This document shows, in pieces, positions 54,501 to 63,473 of a DNA stretch of 64,000 nucleotides. The position numbers were made by a program, and so were the translations under genes. Within the stretch, counting starts at the first letter, position 1; each line of letters begins with the position of its first letter. The notes below the pieces were generated by a model. It was given only the letters and a program-made list of their open reading frames with translations. It ran no database searches and was not told where the DNA came from. This stretch comes from a virus (Duplodnaviria; Heunggongvirae; Uroviricota; Caudoviricetes), in the IMG/VR virus record IMGVR_UViG_2778260992_000001. One strand, written 5' to 3'.

Positions 54501-56261
54501 GTTGAAGGCGATGCTGCAAACGCTAAACAACTGGAAGTGTTGCAGTCAACGGTAGAGGAAAGCTCCGCTGCCGTTGAAGAAATGAAAAAGACGGTTGCAG
54601 AGGTCGATCGTGCCAGTGCAGAACTGACTACGAACATTGAGGCGTTAGCCAAAACAAATATTGACCTGGCTCTTCGTCAAGATGAAGACCAGCACAAGCA
54701 GATGGTCAATAACGCGAAGATCGCAACAACACAGAAAACCTTTGCTGATGATATGTCTGCAATGGCCACGAAGGTTGAGGAAATTCGCGTAGAAATTGGC
54801 GAAGACATTAAGGCCAGTATTCTGGAAGAGTCCACCGCTCGTGCCGATGGCGATGAAGCGTTGGCAAAGCGTGTCACTCAGCTGCAATCTAAGTTTGAAG
54901 GAGATATCAGCGCGGCGATTAGTACAGAGCAGGAGGCTCGTACATCTGCCGATGAAGCTCTGACGACACAGATCACTCAGCTTGAGTCGAAAGTAAGCAA
55001 CGATATCGTCGCAGCTATTAAGGAAGAGCAAGAAGCCCGAGCAACGGAAGATTCGGCTCTGGCAAGCCAGATCACCCAACTTCAGGCAAAGGTTGATGAT
55101 GATATTTCTGCTGCAATACGTAGTGAGCAGGAGGCCCGAGCAAGCGGGGACTCTGCGTTAGCCAAACAAATAAACCAGCTTCAGTCAAAGGTTGACGGTG
55201 ATATATCCGCTGCCATCACTCAGGAGCAGGAGGCCAGAGCAAGTGCTGACCAGGCGCTCTCACGAGAAATTAACAGCCTGCGAGCACAAACCGGAACTGA
55301 TATTGCCGCAGCGGTTGCTGTAGAGACAAAAGCAAGGACTGATGCCGATAGTGCATTGTCTACCCAGATTACGTCTCTTACAGCAAAAGCTAATGATCTC
55401 GAGGCGTCTCTTGCCAGAGAAACAACGGCTCGTGCAGATGGTGATACCGCTTTAACAAAAGAGGTTTCAAGTTTAAAAGCACAGACAGCGAAAGATATTA
55501 GTGCGGCCGTTGCAGTTGAAACGCAGGCTCGAACTGATGCTGACTCGGCGTTGTCGTCTCAGATCACCAAGCTGACCTCTCAATACAAAGAGGATATTAA
55601 AGCGGCTGTAGCAACCGAAACGAAAACGCGTACAGAGCAAGATGCGGCATTGGCGACTCAAATCACAAACTTAGAGTCTCAAACAGCAGCCAACATTTCT
55701 GCGGCGGTCACAACTGAAACGACAGCGAGAACGCAGGCAGATAATGCTCTGAGTGGGCGAATCGATACTCTGAAAGCAGAGGTGGATGGAAATACCGCGA
55801 CAATTCAACAGCAGGCAACAGCTATTGCTGATACCAACAAAAAAGTGTCAACCGCGTGGACGTTGAAAATGGAGACTTCAACGAGCGGAGGGCAGAAGTA
55901 TGTTGCCGGTATTGCGCTTGGTATTGACACCACTGGGCTATCTCAGTTTTTGGTTCAGGCGGACAGGTTTGGTTTGGTCAACTCTGTCAACGGGAAGATC
56001 ACCACGCCATTTGTTATCGAAAACAGTATTGCCTATATGAATGGTGCTTATATCAAGGATGGCACAATCACCAATGCAAAGGTAGGCGATCTGCAATCTA
56101 CCAATTTTGTTAGCGGTAGATCTGGATGGCGATTCGGTAAAAATGGAACGCTTGAAATAAACGGTAATAGCGGCGGCAATGGGCGATTGGTCATTAATGG
56201 TCAGCGGATTGACGTTTATGACGATAACAACGTCCTACGAGTAAGAATTGGCCGTCTGTGA
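51534..56261 (+). CDS. host specificity protein J (central tail fibre/tip protein) with internal coiled-coil tandem repeats
   Basis: N-terminal two-thirds collinear with lambda J as recalled (NSEQFGS, YCDEEVDDGFGG, FGCTSRGQAHRVGLWLL); ~30-aa repeats in the C-terminal part. Confidence 0.9.
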   Translation: MEQFKKKKLPLFIAGAGGKKSSKSSSRTPVEADDTVNSRAMAAILDLLGEGVIGGLVNGARSIFIDDLPIVNEDGSSNFSGITWDFRDGSQDQTPMSGFDFVETPKSVNIQLKKTHYVTVSIDNDEADRVRVIMKFPSLRSIDKKTGDTNGTTVEYKFQIANGDSTFVDVVAEGEKSVGIKLTAKKTGVYYRSYELKLPKPGRAYKVRVVRITDDNSSQYLYNDTWVDSIGEIVDTPMNYPNSVLVGLKVNSEQFGSTMPSRSYLVRGLKIRVPSNYNESSNTYAGVWDGTFKLLSSSNPAWILFDLLTNARYGLGQYVSESMIDLGQLYQIGRYCDEEVDDGFGGKEKRFAINTQITSRQDAYRLIQDIAGAFRGMVFWAGGMVNIMQDSPSDPVMMFTNSNVKDGLFTYKGSARKDRPSVALVTYNNKEDGYKQNIEYVEDQDAMRRYGERKTEVVAFGCTSRGQAHRVGLWLLYTSRMESDVITFTAGLDASFLMPGETVLIQNKYRAGKRNSGRIVAFTKNSVTLDAPVSLAKGGCFIRILNQEGKIVERDVLETGENITKVTFSKALSSAETPVLNGVWTITEPDLEPMRVRIVNIAQGETPGSFDITAVENNPSKYEAIDNGATLIPQNTTVLDPTYSKPSNLQITEGTYLSSPGNLSVKLTATWEGKSPEYWISWRRSDENNVSNWQSARVTEEQYEIVNVAENGRYDFQLYAVSFNGKKTEIISTVYQVLGTMTPPDSPTSLTAVGDYRNVILNWVNPDSVDLDHINVYASQTNNLDTAKLIAESASTTFTHAGLGDSETWYYWVRASNKRGMLSPPNSNLGTEATTRDVLSFLTGKITSSELGQALLEDINSKASQEAVDELNEHINQSVESLEGAVNDVKEDIAELDKQFSDNLADFEIKFNERSDALENAQTELKGEVSATIDKVNEAFEKIDATDAAIVEIENTVSEHDKALANTVEAIKAARDEAAALIAKESEARVEGDAANAKQLEVLQSTVEESSAAVEEMKKTVAEVDRASAELTTNIEALAKTNIDLALRQDEDQHKQMVNNAKIATTQKTFADDMSAMATKVEEIRVEIGEDIKASILEESTARADGDEALAKRVTQLQSKFEGDISAAISTEQEARTSADEALTTQITQLESKVSNDIVAAIKEEQEARATEDSALASQITQLQAKVDDDISAAIRSEQEARASGDSALAKQINQLQSKVDGDISAAITQEQEARASADQALSREINSLRAQTGTDIAAAVAVETKARTDADSALSTQITSLTAKANDLEASLARETTARADGDTALTKEVSSLKAQTAKDISAAVAVETQARTDADSALSSQITKLTSQYKEDIKAAVATETKTRTEQDAALATQITNLESQTAANISAAVTTETTARTQADNALSGRIDTLKAEVDGNTATIQQQATAIADTNKKVSTAWTLKMETSTSGGQKYVAGIALGIDTTGLSQFLVQADRFGLVNSVNGKITTPFVIENSIAYMNGAYIKDGTITNAKVGDLQSTNFVSGRSGWRFGKNGTLEINGNSGGNGRLVINGQRIDVYDDNNVLRVRIGRL

Positions 56262-56292
56262 TGGTGGAAAAAAAATTTTATATCGGTAAGAA

Positions 56293-56310
56293 TAGGTAAG
56301 TACTTACTTA
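56293..56310. promoter_or_regulatory. palindromic site, class 2
   Basis: taggtaagtacttactta between J and tail fibre genes. Confidence 0.45.
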
Positions 56311-56354
56311 ATGGCGGGCAAGGATAGCCCGCCAAATCAAGGAGCATATTCAAC

Positions 56355-59300
56355 ATGTGGTACAGGGAAGGTACTATCACATTTACACAGGGTAGCAATA
56401 CTCTGGTTGGGGCAGGGACAGCCTGGAACGTAACAGCTAATGGTGTGTTGCCTGGGATGATCGTCATTGGCCCCGACAACAAGCTGTATGAGATCAAGCG
56501 CGTAACCAGTGATACGAACATTGTTCTCTCAGAACCTTATACCGGCGAAACTCAGTCTGAAGTTCCGTGCCGAATCATTACGACCTATGAAGGCGACTTA
56601 ACACAGTTTAGCGCGCGCTTTACTGCACTAATGTCGCGTATGTCGGCTGATTCAAAGTCCATGCGCAGTTGGTTGACTGCTCTGGATGAGGTGACAATCG
56701 AGCGTGAAGACGGTACAGAAGTGACCGTTAAGCCGCTAATGCAGATCGTCAACGAGCACAACGAAAACGTTGAGTGGTATAAAAATAACACTGACGCGAT
56801 TGATGCTGCTGGCGACAAAGCTCGTGAGGCGGCGGCCAGTGCTGCCGCAGCAGCAGAAAGCGCCAATACCGCTGGAGAAAAAGCCTCTCAAGCGTCTCAA
56901 AGTGCATCCGCTGCGGCATCCTCACAAAGTGCTGCAAGTGCGAGCGCAACTGCTGCGAAAAAATCTGAAACGAACGCACAAGCCGCAAAAGAAGCGGCAG
57001 CAGAATCAGCATCTGTAGCGTCGGCCAAAGCATCGGAGGCAGCAACATCTGCGTCCAGTGCCTCTGCATCTAAGGATGCAGCCAAAGCATCAGAGACTAA
57101 CGCTTCATCGAGCGCAAACGCGGCAGCATCATCGGCAACAGAAGCTGCAAATTCGTCTAAGGCAGCAAAAACGTCAGAGGCAAACGCAAAAGCATCTGAA
57201 ACGGCAGCCGAACAGAGTGCATCGTCTGCAAACAGTTCGAAATCTGCGGCAGAAGCGTCAGCAAGCGCAGCCTCAGCAAGTGCGGATAGTGCTTCATCAA
57301 GTGCAACAGCGGCAGGAAAATCTGCGGATAGCGCATTGTCATCAGCGACAACAGCTACCACAAAAGCGACAGAGGCGACGAGTCAGGCTACAGCTGCTAA
57401 AAATTCAGCATCTGCAGCAAAAACCTCTGAAACAAATGCAAAGACTTCAGAAGACAATGCTGCTTCCTCTAAGGCGGCAGCTGCTGAATCTGCAAGTTCT
57501 GCGTCTGCATCAGCCTCCTCAGCATCCGCTTCAAAAGATGAGGCTACCAAGCAGGCATCAGAAGCGAAGGGCAGTGCTTCAACGGCATCCACGAAAGCAA
57601 CAGAGGCGGCAGGCAGTGCGACGGCTGCATCTCAGAGCAAAACTGCTGCTGAATCCGCTGCGACCCGTGCGGAAGCTGCTGCTGATCGTGCTGAAGAGAT
57701 TGCCGGTGCGGTTGCGATGGAAGACGCAAGCCTTACAACTAAAGGTGTTGTGAAACTTAGCAGTGCTGTCGATAGCACCAGTGAATCGCTGGCCGCAACG
57801 CCAAAAGCAGTTAAAGCAGCCAATGACAATGCGAATAGCAGGGTGCCATCTAACCGAAAAATTAACGGAAAAGCACTGACTGCGGATATAACATTAACGC
57901 CGAAAGATATTGGTACTTTAAATTCAGTAACGATGTCTTTCTCTGGCGGGGCTGGGTGGTTCAAACTGGCTACGGTTACCATGCCACAAGCGAGTTCCAT
58001 CGTTTACATCACATTGATTGGTGGTGCTGGATATAATGTTAACTCCCCTATGCAGGCTGGTATATCTGAACTTGTTCTTCGTGCGGGAAATGGAAATCCA
58101 AAAGGTCTTACTGGTGCGTTATGGCGAAGGACATCGGTTGGATTTACTAATTTTGCATGGGTGAATACATCCGGCGATACATATGATATTTATGTTGAGA
58201 TTGGCAATTATGCGACGAGTGTAAATGTCCACTGGGATTGTACTGCAAATGCGTCAGTTTCTATTTATACATCGCCAACATATTCAGCGAGTAAGCCTGC
58301 CAGCGTTACCGATGGTGTTGTTTATACGATGTATAGCTCACATCAGAAACCTACGCCATCAGATATTGGAGCACTGCCAACAACCGGAGGAACAGTTTCT
58401 GGTCCGTTGTCTGTTACAGGCGGATTAACTGGTTCATTGAATGGTAATGCAAGTACAGCAACGAAATTACAGACGACAAGAACTATCGGTGGAGTTGGTT
58501 TCGACGGTTCTGCCAATATTAATCTTCCAGGTGTAAACACTACGGGTAATCAGAACACCACTGGTAATGCCGCAACTGCTACAAAACTACAGACGGCAAG
58601 AACTATCGGCGGCGTGAGCTTTGATGGTACTGCAAATATTAATTTGCCAGGTGTTAATACGACTGGTAATCAGAATACAACAGGTAATGCGGCTACTGCT
58701 ACGAAGTTGCAGACTGCGCGTACTATTAATGGGGTGTCGTTTGACGGTTCGGCAAATATTTCCTTGTCACCAGCAAATATAGGTTGCCCGGCATCTCCTA
58801 CTGGTTGGTTAACTACAGGAAGTAATGGCGGAGCAATAACAACAGCCCAGTTAGTGACGTTATTGCAAAATAATGGAGCCTTTAACACAAAGGCATGGAT
58901 TGCTCGATGTGCGTGGGCCTATGCCAATAGCGCAACCATACCAAATAGTGAAACTGGTTGTGGCGTTATTCCATTGGCAGGAGCTGTTATAGAAGTATTT
59001 AATAACGGTAGTAGTTCAAATAATTATACGATCCGCATAACAACGGCCACAACGACAAGTGTTTCCGGTGCTCTCACTAATGCGGAGTTTATCTATGTAT
59101 TTAATGGCACAGATTATTCTCCAGGATGGCGAAGAGTATATAACACGAAAAACAAACCAACTGCATCTGACGTTGGTGCATTACCTCTTACCGGTGGTAC
59201 ATTATCTGGAGGTTTGACATCTTCTGGTGAGATCGTTTCAAAATATGCAAATGGTTTCCGCATTGCTTACGGTAGCTTTGGGTTCTTTATCCGTAATGAC

Positions 59301-60383
59301 GGCGGCAGCACATATTTCATGCTAACAGCATCAGGAGATACGTTAGGTTCATGGAACGGCTTGCGACCGATTACAATTAATAATACTAGCGGTGTTGTGT
59401 CTATTGGTAATGGACTAAATGTTACTGGTGGCGTAAATGGTAGTTTGAACGGTAATGCTTCAACAGCTACGAAGTTGCAAACAGCGAGAAACATCAATGG
59501 TGTTAAGTTTGATGGCTCAGGCGATATCAACATTAATACATTGGTATCTCGTGGCCGAGTTACGGCGTTAAGCGGCTCTACTCAAGGCACTGCTGGCATT
59601 CAAATGTACGAGGCGTACAACAATAGCTATCCGACCACGTATGGCAACGTATTGCACATGAAAGGTGCGAGTGCTGCTGGCGAGGGTGAGTTGCTTATTG
59701 GCTGGAGTGGTACGAGCGGTGCACATGCGCCGGTTTTCATTCGCTCCCGAAGAGATACCACTGATGCAGCATGGTCAGCGTGGGCACAGGTATATACCGC
59801 TAAGGATTCAATCCCTGGTGTGAATACAACCGGTAATCAGAACACTACTGGTAATGCTGCCACCGCCACAAAATTGCAGACAGCAAGGAAAATTGCTGGT
59901 GTGGCGTTTGATGGCTCTGCCGATATTACTTTGACTGCGGCTAACCTTAATGCCTATACGAAAACAGAGGTAACAAACCTTCTAAGTTCCTATGTGAAGA
60001 GCAGTTCTCTTCCAAGCATGACTGTGCGAACTTCCTCTGTTTCAGGTGGGGATATGGGCATGAGTTTGTCCGCATTCATTAGCCACCTTAAATCAAATGG
60101 GGCGTTTAGCAAAAGTTATTGGATTGGCTTTGGCGATGCTATGGGATTCAATGCTGGCAGTATCAACAATATAACGGGATTTGGTGCTGTAGAATTAGCA
60201 GAATCCATAATCGAAGTTTTTAATCTACCTAATGGTGATTATACAATTCGTTTAACGACGTCACACAAAGCTGACTACGGTGGGATTACAAACGCAATCC
60301 TCGTTTATCACTACCGCAGTAATAGAAACCCGGCAGGTCAATGGCTTAAATTTGCCGGTACTCTTGGGGCTACAAACAACTGA
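56355..60383 (+). CDS. side tail fibre protein
   Basis: Ala/Ser-rich SETNAK-type low-complexity region, conserved AATPKAVK fibre motif, repeated GNAATATKLQTARTIGGV modules. Confidence 0.85.
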   Translation: MWYREGTITFTQGSNTLVGAGTAWNVTANGVLPGMIVIGPDNKLYEIKRVTSDTNIVLSEPYTGETQSEVPCRIITTYEGDLTQFSARFTALMSRMSADSKSMRSWLTALDEVTIEREDGTEVTVKPLMQIVNEHNENVEWYKNNTDAIDAAGDKAREAAASAAAAAESANTAGEKASQASQSASAAASSQSAASASATAAKKSETNAQAAKEAAAESASVASAKASEAATSASSASASKDAAKASETNASSSANAAASSATEAANSSKAAKTSEANAKASETAAEQSASSANSSKSAAEASASAASASADSASSSATAAGKSADSALSSATTATTKATEATSQATAAKNSASAAKTSETNAKTSEDNAASSKAAAAESASSASASASSASASKDEATKQASEAKGSASTASTKATEAAGSATAASQSKTAAESAATRAEAAADRAEEIAGAVAMEDASLTTKGVVKLSSAVDSTSESLAATPKAVKAANDNANSRVPSNRKINGKALTADITLTPKDIGTLNSVTMSFSGGAGWFKLATVTMPQASSIVYITLIGGAGYNVNSPMQAGISELVLRAGNGNPKGLTGALWRRTSVGFTNFAWVNTSGDTYDIYVEIGNYATSVNVHWDCTANASVSIYTSPTYSASKPASVTDGVVYTMYSSHQKPTPSDIGALPTTGGTVSGPLSVTGGLTGSLNGNASTATKLQTTRTIGGVGFDGSANINLPGVNTTGNQNTTGNAATATKLQTARTIGGVSFDGTANINLPGVNTTGNQNTTGNAATATKLQTARTINGVSFDGSANISLSPANIGCPASPTGWLTTGSNGGAITTAQLVTLLQNNGAFNTKAWIARCAWAYANSATIPNSETGCGVIPLAGAVIEVFNNGSSSNNYTIRITTATTTSVSGALTNAEFIYVFNGTDYSPGWRRVYNTKNKPTASDVGALPLTGGTLSGGLTSSGEIVSKYANGFRIAYGSFGFFIRNDGGSTYFMLTASGDTLGSWNGLRPITINNTSGVVSIGNGLNVTGGVNGSLNGNASTATKLQTARNINGVKFDGSGDININTLVSRGRVTALSGSTQGTAGIQMYEAYNNSYPTTYGNVLHMKGASAAGEGELLIGWSGTSGAHAPVFIRSRRDTTDAAWSAWAQVYTAKDSIPGVNTTGNQNTTGNAATATKLQTARKIAGVAFDGSADITLTAANLNAYTKTEVTNLLSSYVKSSSLPSMTVRTSSVSGGDMGMSLSAFISHLKSNGAFSKSYWIGFGDAMGFNAGSINNITGFGAVELAESIIEVFNLPNGDYTIRLTTSHKADYGGITNAILVYHYRSNRNPAGQWLKFAGTLGATNN

Positions 60384-60501
60384 TTTAGGGATTATTTATA
60401 TGGCTGTGTGGTTTAAAAATGCGATTTCACAGCCGCAATCATAGGGATATATTAGTGAGTTACTAGATGCGAATATGAACAACCGTTAAACGGTATATGT
60501 A

Positions 60502-60524
60502 TAGGTAGGTAAGTATATACCTAC
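60502..60524. promoter_or_regulatory. palindromic site, class 2
   Basis: taggtaggtaagtatatacctac upstream of lysis cassette. Confidence 0.45.
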
Positions 60525-60586
60525 AATTAAAAGGAGAAGTGTGATATAAATCCGCCATCCCGATTTGACTTTTCACGGAGGAAAAC

Positions 60587-60910
60587 ATGTCGAACGAGAT
60601 GGCGGGCGTTACAACAGAGCAAGTTGAGCGTATTGCCGCGATCGTTGCTCGGGAGGTTGTTGGCAAATTAGGCAAAGAGCTACGTGAAGAAATTGGCCAG
60701 GAGGTCAATGATCAGCTGAAAACCTACTTTGGTGATATGACCCCGGCGCAACATAGTATTCAACACTCCAACCTGGACAAGCTCCTTAACCGGTTAGATT
60801 CCATCTCCAGTGGGTTCTTTGGCGGCATTGTTTCTAAAATAACGTCGTTCATTATTACTGCACTGCTTTTGGGGTTAGCCGCGTATGGCGTAAAAAATGG
60901 ACTGCAATAA
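60587..60910 (+). CDS. hypothetical membrane protein, possible holin
   Basis: 107 aa with one C-terminal hydrophobic helix; first gene of lysis cassette. Confidence 0.35.
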   Translation: MSNEMAGVTTEQVERIAAIVAREVVGKLGKELREEIGQEVNDQLKTYFGDMTPAQHSIQHSNLDKLLNRLDSISSGFFGGIVSKITSFIITALLLGLAAYGVKNGLQ

Positions 60911-60923
60911 CAGGAGATCAAGG

Positions 60924-61616
60924 ATGAAGACTCCGAGAGGCATTCGTAATAATAACCCCGGTAATCTTGATAAAGGATCACCGTGGCAAGGTCTGGTTGC
61001 GAATCCAGATGAACCGCGCTTTTGCACGTTTAAAGACCCTGTTTGGGGGATTCGTGCGTTGGCGGTGACTCTAATTACCTACCACGACAAACGTCGCGCA
61101 AAAGACGGCTCAAGTATCGATACCATTCGTGAAGTTATTGAACGTTGGGCACCGCCGAATGAAAACAACACTGACGCCTACATTAATGAGGTGTCTAAAG
61201 CCGTTGGTGTAACCGCAGACATGATCATCGATCTGCATGATTACGACATTCTTCGACCTTTGGTTGAGGCAATCATTCGCCATGAGAATGGGCGAGGTCC
61301 GCTAAAAACGCTGAACACCTGGTATGCGGCAGAAGTTATTGAGGAAGGTCTGCGTCGAGCTGGCGTCGTTAAGCCGGTGAAAACCGTGAAGGCTGTTCCT
61401 GTAACTAAAGAAACAGCAGGCGCAACTGTCACAGCAGGTATTGGTCTGGCGCAGCTGGCCGATGTTATGCCGCAGGTTTCCGCTGCTATGGATAAAGCAC
61501 AAGGTCATATCTCTAGCGGGGATACAGTACGCATCATCTTCGGTATTGCCACTATTGTTGTGGCTGGATTTATCGCCTGGTCGCAGGTAAGAAGACACCA
61601 GAAAGGGATGGTCTAA
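60924..61616 (+). CDS. putative endolysin (cell-wall hydrolase) with C-terminal membrane anchor
   Basis: position between holin-like gene and spanins; C-terminal hydrophobic segment; catalytic family not assigned. Confidence 0.4.
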   Translation: MKTPRGIRNNNPGNLDKGSPWQGLVANPDEPRFCTFKDPVWGIRALAVTLITYHDKRRAKDGSSIDTIREVIERWAPPNENNTDAYINEVSKAVGVTADMIIDLHDYDILRPLVEAIIRHENGRGPLKTLNTWYAAEVIEEGLRRAGVVKPVKTVKAVPVTKETAGATVTAGIGLAQLADVMPQVSAAMDKAQGHISSGDTVRIIFGIATIVVAGFIAWSQVRRHQKGMV

Positions 61617-61617
61617 T

Positions 61618-61869
61618 ATGCTAGGCAGCCTGATGACAAAGCTAAAAGTTGCTTTGATTACGCTGGCTGCCGTTCTTTTCGTTCTGGTCGGCGCTTACAC
61701 GATGGGCGGAAATGCGGCGCGACGAGCAATGGAAGAGAAGGCAAAACAGGAAGACAGGAAACGACTTCAAAGCACAGTGGACGTCAAAAATGAAACACTT
61801 GATGAGTTACGGAGCAAGGATGCTTCTACTGTTCATCATGAGTTGCACAATAAGTGGTTGCGTGATTAA
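61618..61869 (+). CDS. i-spanin (Rz-like)
   Basis: N-terminal TM helix then charged coiled-coil region; contains overlapping +1 frame lipoprotein gene. Confidence 0.6.
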   Translation: MLGSLMTKLKVALITLAAVLFVLVGAYTMGGNAARRAMEEKAKQEDRKRLQSTVDVKNETLDELRSKDASTVHHELHNKWLRD

Positions 61870-62020
61870 GCCTCAACCCGATGGGGTGCTTTTCTGCGAT
61901 GCGGCTACACCGCTATACATCAGCCGTGATGATCTCATGACCGAAGAGACTGAAAGAGAGGTGCTTTTTCACAATATGATTGGGGAGCGATTGTGTGGAT
62001 GGGGCAGAAAAGTGCCATAA
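61790..62020 (+). CDS. o-spanin (Rz1-like lipoprotein), overlapping Rz in +1 frame
   Basis: signal peptide with lipobox ISGC, Pro-rich mature start; begins inside Rz and extends beyond it. Confidence 0.55.
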   Translation: MKHLMSYGARMLLLFIMSCTISGCVIKPQPDGVLFCDAATPLYISRDDLMTEETEREVLFHNMIGERLCGWGRKVP

Positions 62021-62194
62021 CAAAAGTGGCGTTTTCTAACATAAAATTTGCATATTATTAGAGCACAAGGTAGATTTGATGCATGGATGTCAAGTAAATC
62101 ATACCTTGTTTTAATAAATCGACGCATACTCGTAGCCTCTAAACCGACAAGGTCGCCGCTATGACATAAAGTTATTACCGGCTAAGGTGGAAAC

Positions 62195-62593
62195 ATGCAT
62201 ACTGCACTTAACGCATCTCGTTCTATTCAGACGATAAGAGACTGTACCAAGATGATCGCATCGGTTCCGTTGCGGTATTGGGATGACTCGCTCCAAATTC
62301 GTGAAATGAACAAACCAGGTATGCTTAAGGATCAGCGTTTCATCGTTAACCTTAAAAGTGACGTTGAAGAAGGCAAGTTTACCATCAAATTGTTTGCAGA
62401 AATGATGGTGCTCAACAATCGGTTACGTTTCCTTGTTAAGCCAGAAAAACAGTTTCCCGATGTTGTGCGTTGTGAACCGGATGCTTTCTATGAGATTGAA
62501 AGCAAAATAGCTAAATTTATCAAAGATAAATACCGCGTAGATGTTAAAATAGCGAAACTGGATTCACCTACGGATATGCGGCTAGCGAACTAA
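62195..62593 (+). CDS. hypothetical protein
   Basis: 132-aa ORF, RBS aaggtgga. Confidence 0.45.
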   Translation: MHTALNASRSIQTIRDCTKMIASVPLRYWDDSLQIREMNKPGMLKDQRFIVNLKSDVEEGKFTIKLFAEMMVLNNRLRFLVKPEKQFPDVVRCEPDAFYEIESKIAKFIKDKYRVDVKIAKLDSPTDMRLAN

Positions 62594-63370
62594 ATGTCAC
62601 CATCATTCATAGCAGAGTATTCAAAAGTACTGTCTGATTTCCCTGAATGTGAAACAAGAGAAAAAATCAGAGTTGGCTACATGGTTAACTCTGATTTTTC
62701 TGTTTTACGACTCACAGAATGGTCCTTGACCGGTTCTAATTATGATTACTGTTTGACAGTGTCATTTGTAGGCGACCCTGATGCAGATTGGCTTCAAGAA
62801 CATGCAATGGATCTTGACGAGCAGGGGTATTCAGAAGCAGAGATAGTTCATAGTGTTCGTGAGTTAGTTGGTGATGAGCAAGAAGATGATGACGGCATTC
62901 AGATCGCCAGGTTCGTCTACAAACGATTCCAGTTTCGCTCACAAAAAGGCTCTCATCTTGGGGTCCAGATTAAAGGGGCATTTGTAACCCCTTCAAAGGA
63001 ACAAAAGGGACTTGCTAGAAGAGTTTACAATTTCCTTCTCAATTGGCATGACCATGTGGTATGTGATGACCATCAGACGGTTTACGGTGCCAGAATTTGG
63101 GCGGTCGGTATGCTTCTGGTCGGGCGTGTCCAAATCTATGACAATTTAAACAAAGAATTTATAGATGTCCTTGTTGAAGGTGGTATTGGGCAGAATGGCG
63201 TCAAACCGTGGGACGCGCTGCTATTGAGCAGCGAGGCCCAGTTACGTCACTGGAACCCTATGGCCGTCAGCATAGACCCATCTAGTCAGATTCTCGCCAT
63301 CATCTCCAAAGAAGACCGTCACATTGAAGTGGGCGTTACAACTTTTGACGCCAGGTCTACCAACCATTAA
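62594..63370 (+). CDS. hypothetical protein
   Basis: 258-aa ORF; terminator downstream. Confidence 0.5.
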   Translation: MSPSFIAEYSKVLSDFPECETREKIRVGYMVNSDFSVLRLTEWSLTGSNYDYCLTVSFVGDPDADWLQEHAMDLDEQGYSEAEIVHSVRELVGDEQEDDDGIQIARFVYKRFQFRSQKGSHLGVQIKGAFVTPSKEQKGLARRVYNFLLNWHDHVVCDDHQTVYGARIWAVGMLLVGRVQIYDNLNKEFIDVLVEGGIGQNGVKPWDALLLSSEAQLRHWNPMAVSIDPSSQILAIISKEDRHIEVGVTTFDARSTNH

Positions 63371-63375
63371 TTCCT

Positions 63376-63398
63376 AAACCCGCTTCGGCGGGTTTTTG
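63376..63398 (+). terminator. rho-independent terminator
   Basis: aaacccgcttcggcgggttt + ttg. Confidence 0.6.
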
Positions 63399-63473
63399 AT
63401 GTTTCAGTTTCTTTATCAACCTACTAATTAACCTTTACACCGCAGCCGTAGGCATTTAGGCTATATCACATAT

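Noticed and set aside
54125-55079. Minus-strand ORFs of 175, 144 and 103 aa inside the J gene
   Set aside because: They fall in the tandem-repeat region of J and are Ser/Ala-rich mirror images of the repeats.
54800-55700. Possible CRISPR array suggested by regular ~90-bp periodicity
   Set aside because: The periodicity is an in-frame protein repeat inside J; the units are imperfect at DNA level and have no unique spacers.
56585-58000. Many plus- and minus-strand ORFs (Q/R/L-rich or A/D-rich) overlapping the 5' third of the tail fibre gene
   Set aside because: Artefacts of the Ala/Ser-rich low-complexity coding repeat; their translations are themselves low-complexity.
60463-60708. 81-aa minus-strand ORF spanning the tail fibre / holin intergenic region
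   Set aside because: It overlaps the plus-strand holin-like start and the class-2 palindrome and has no RBS.
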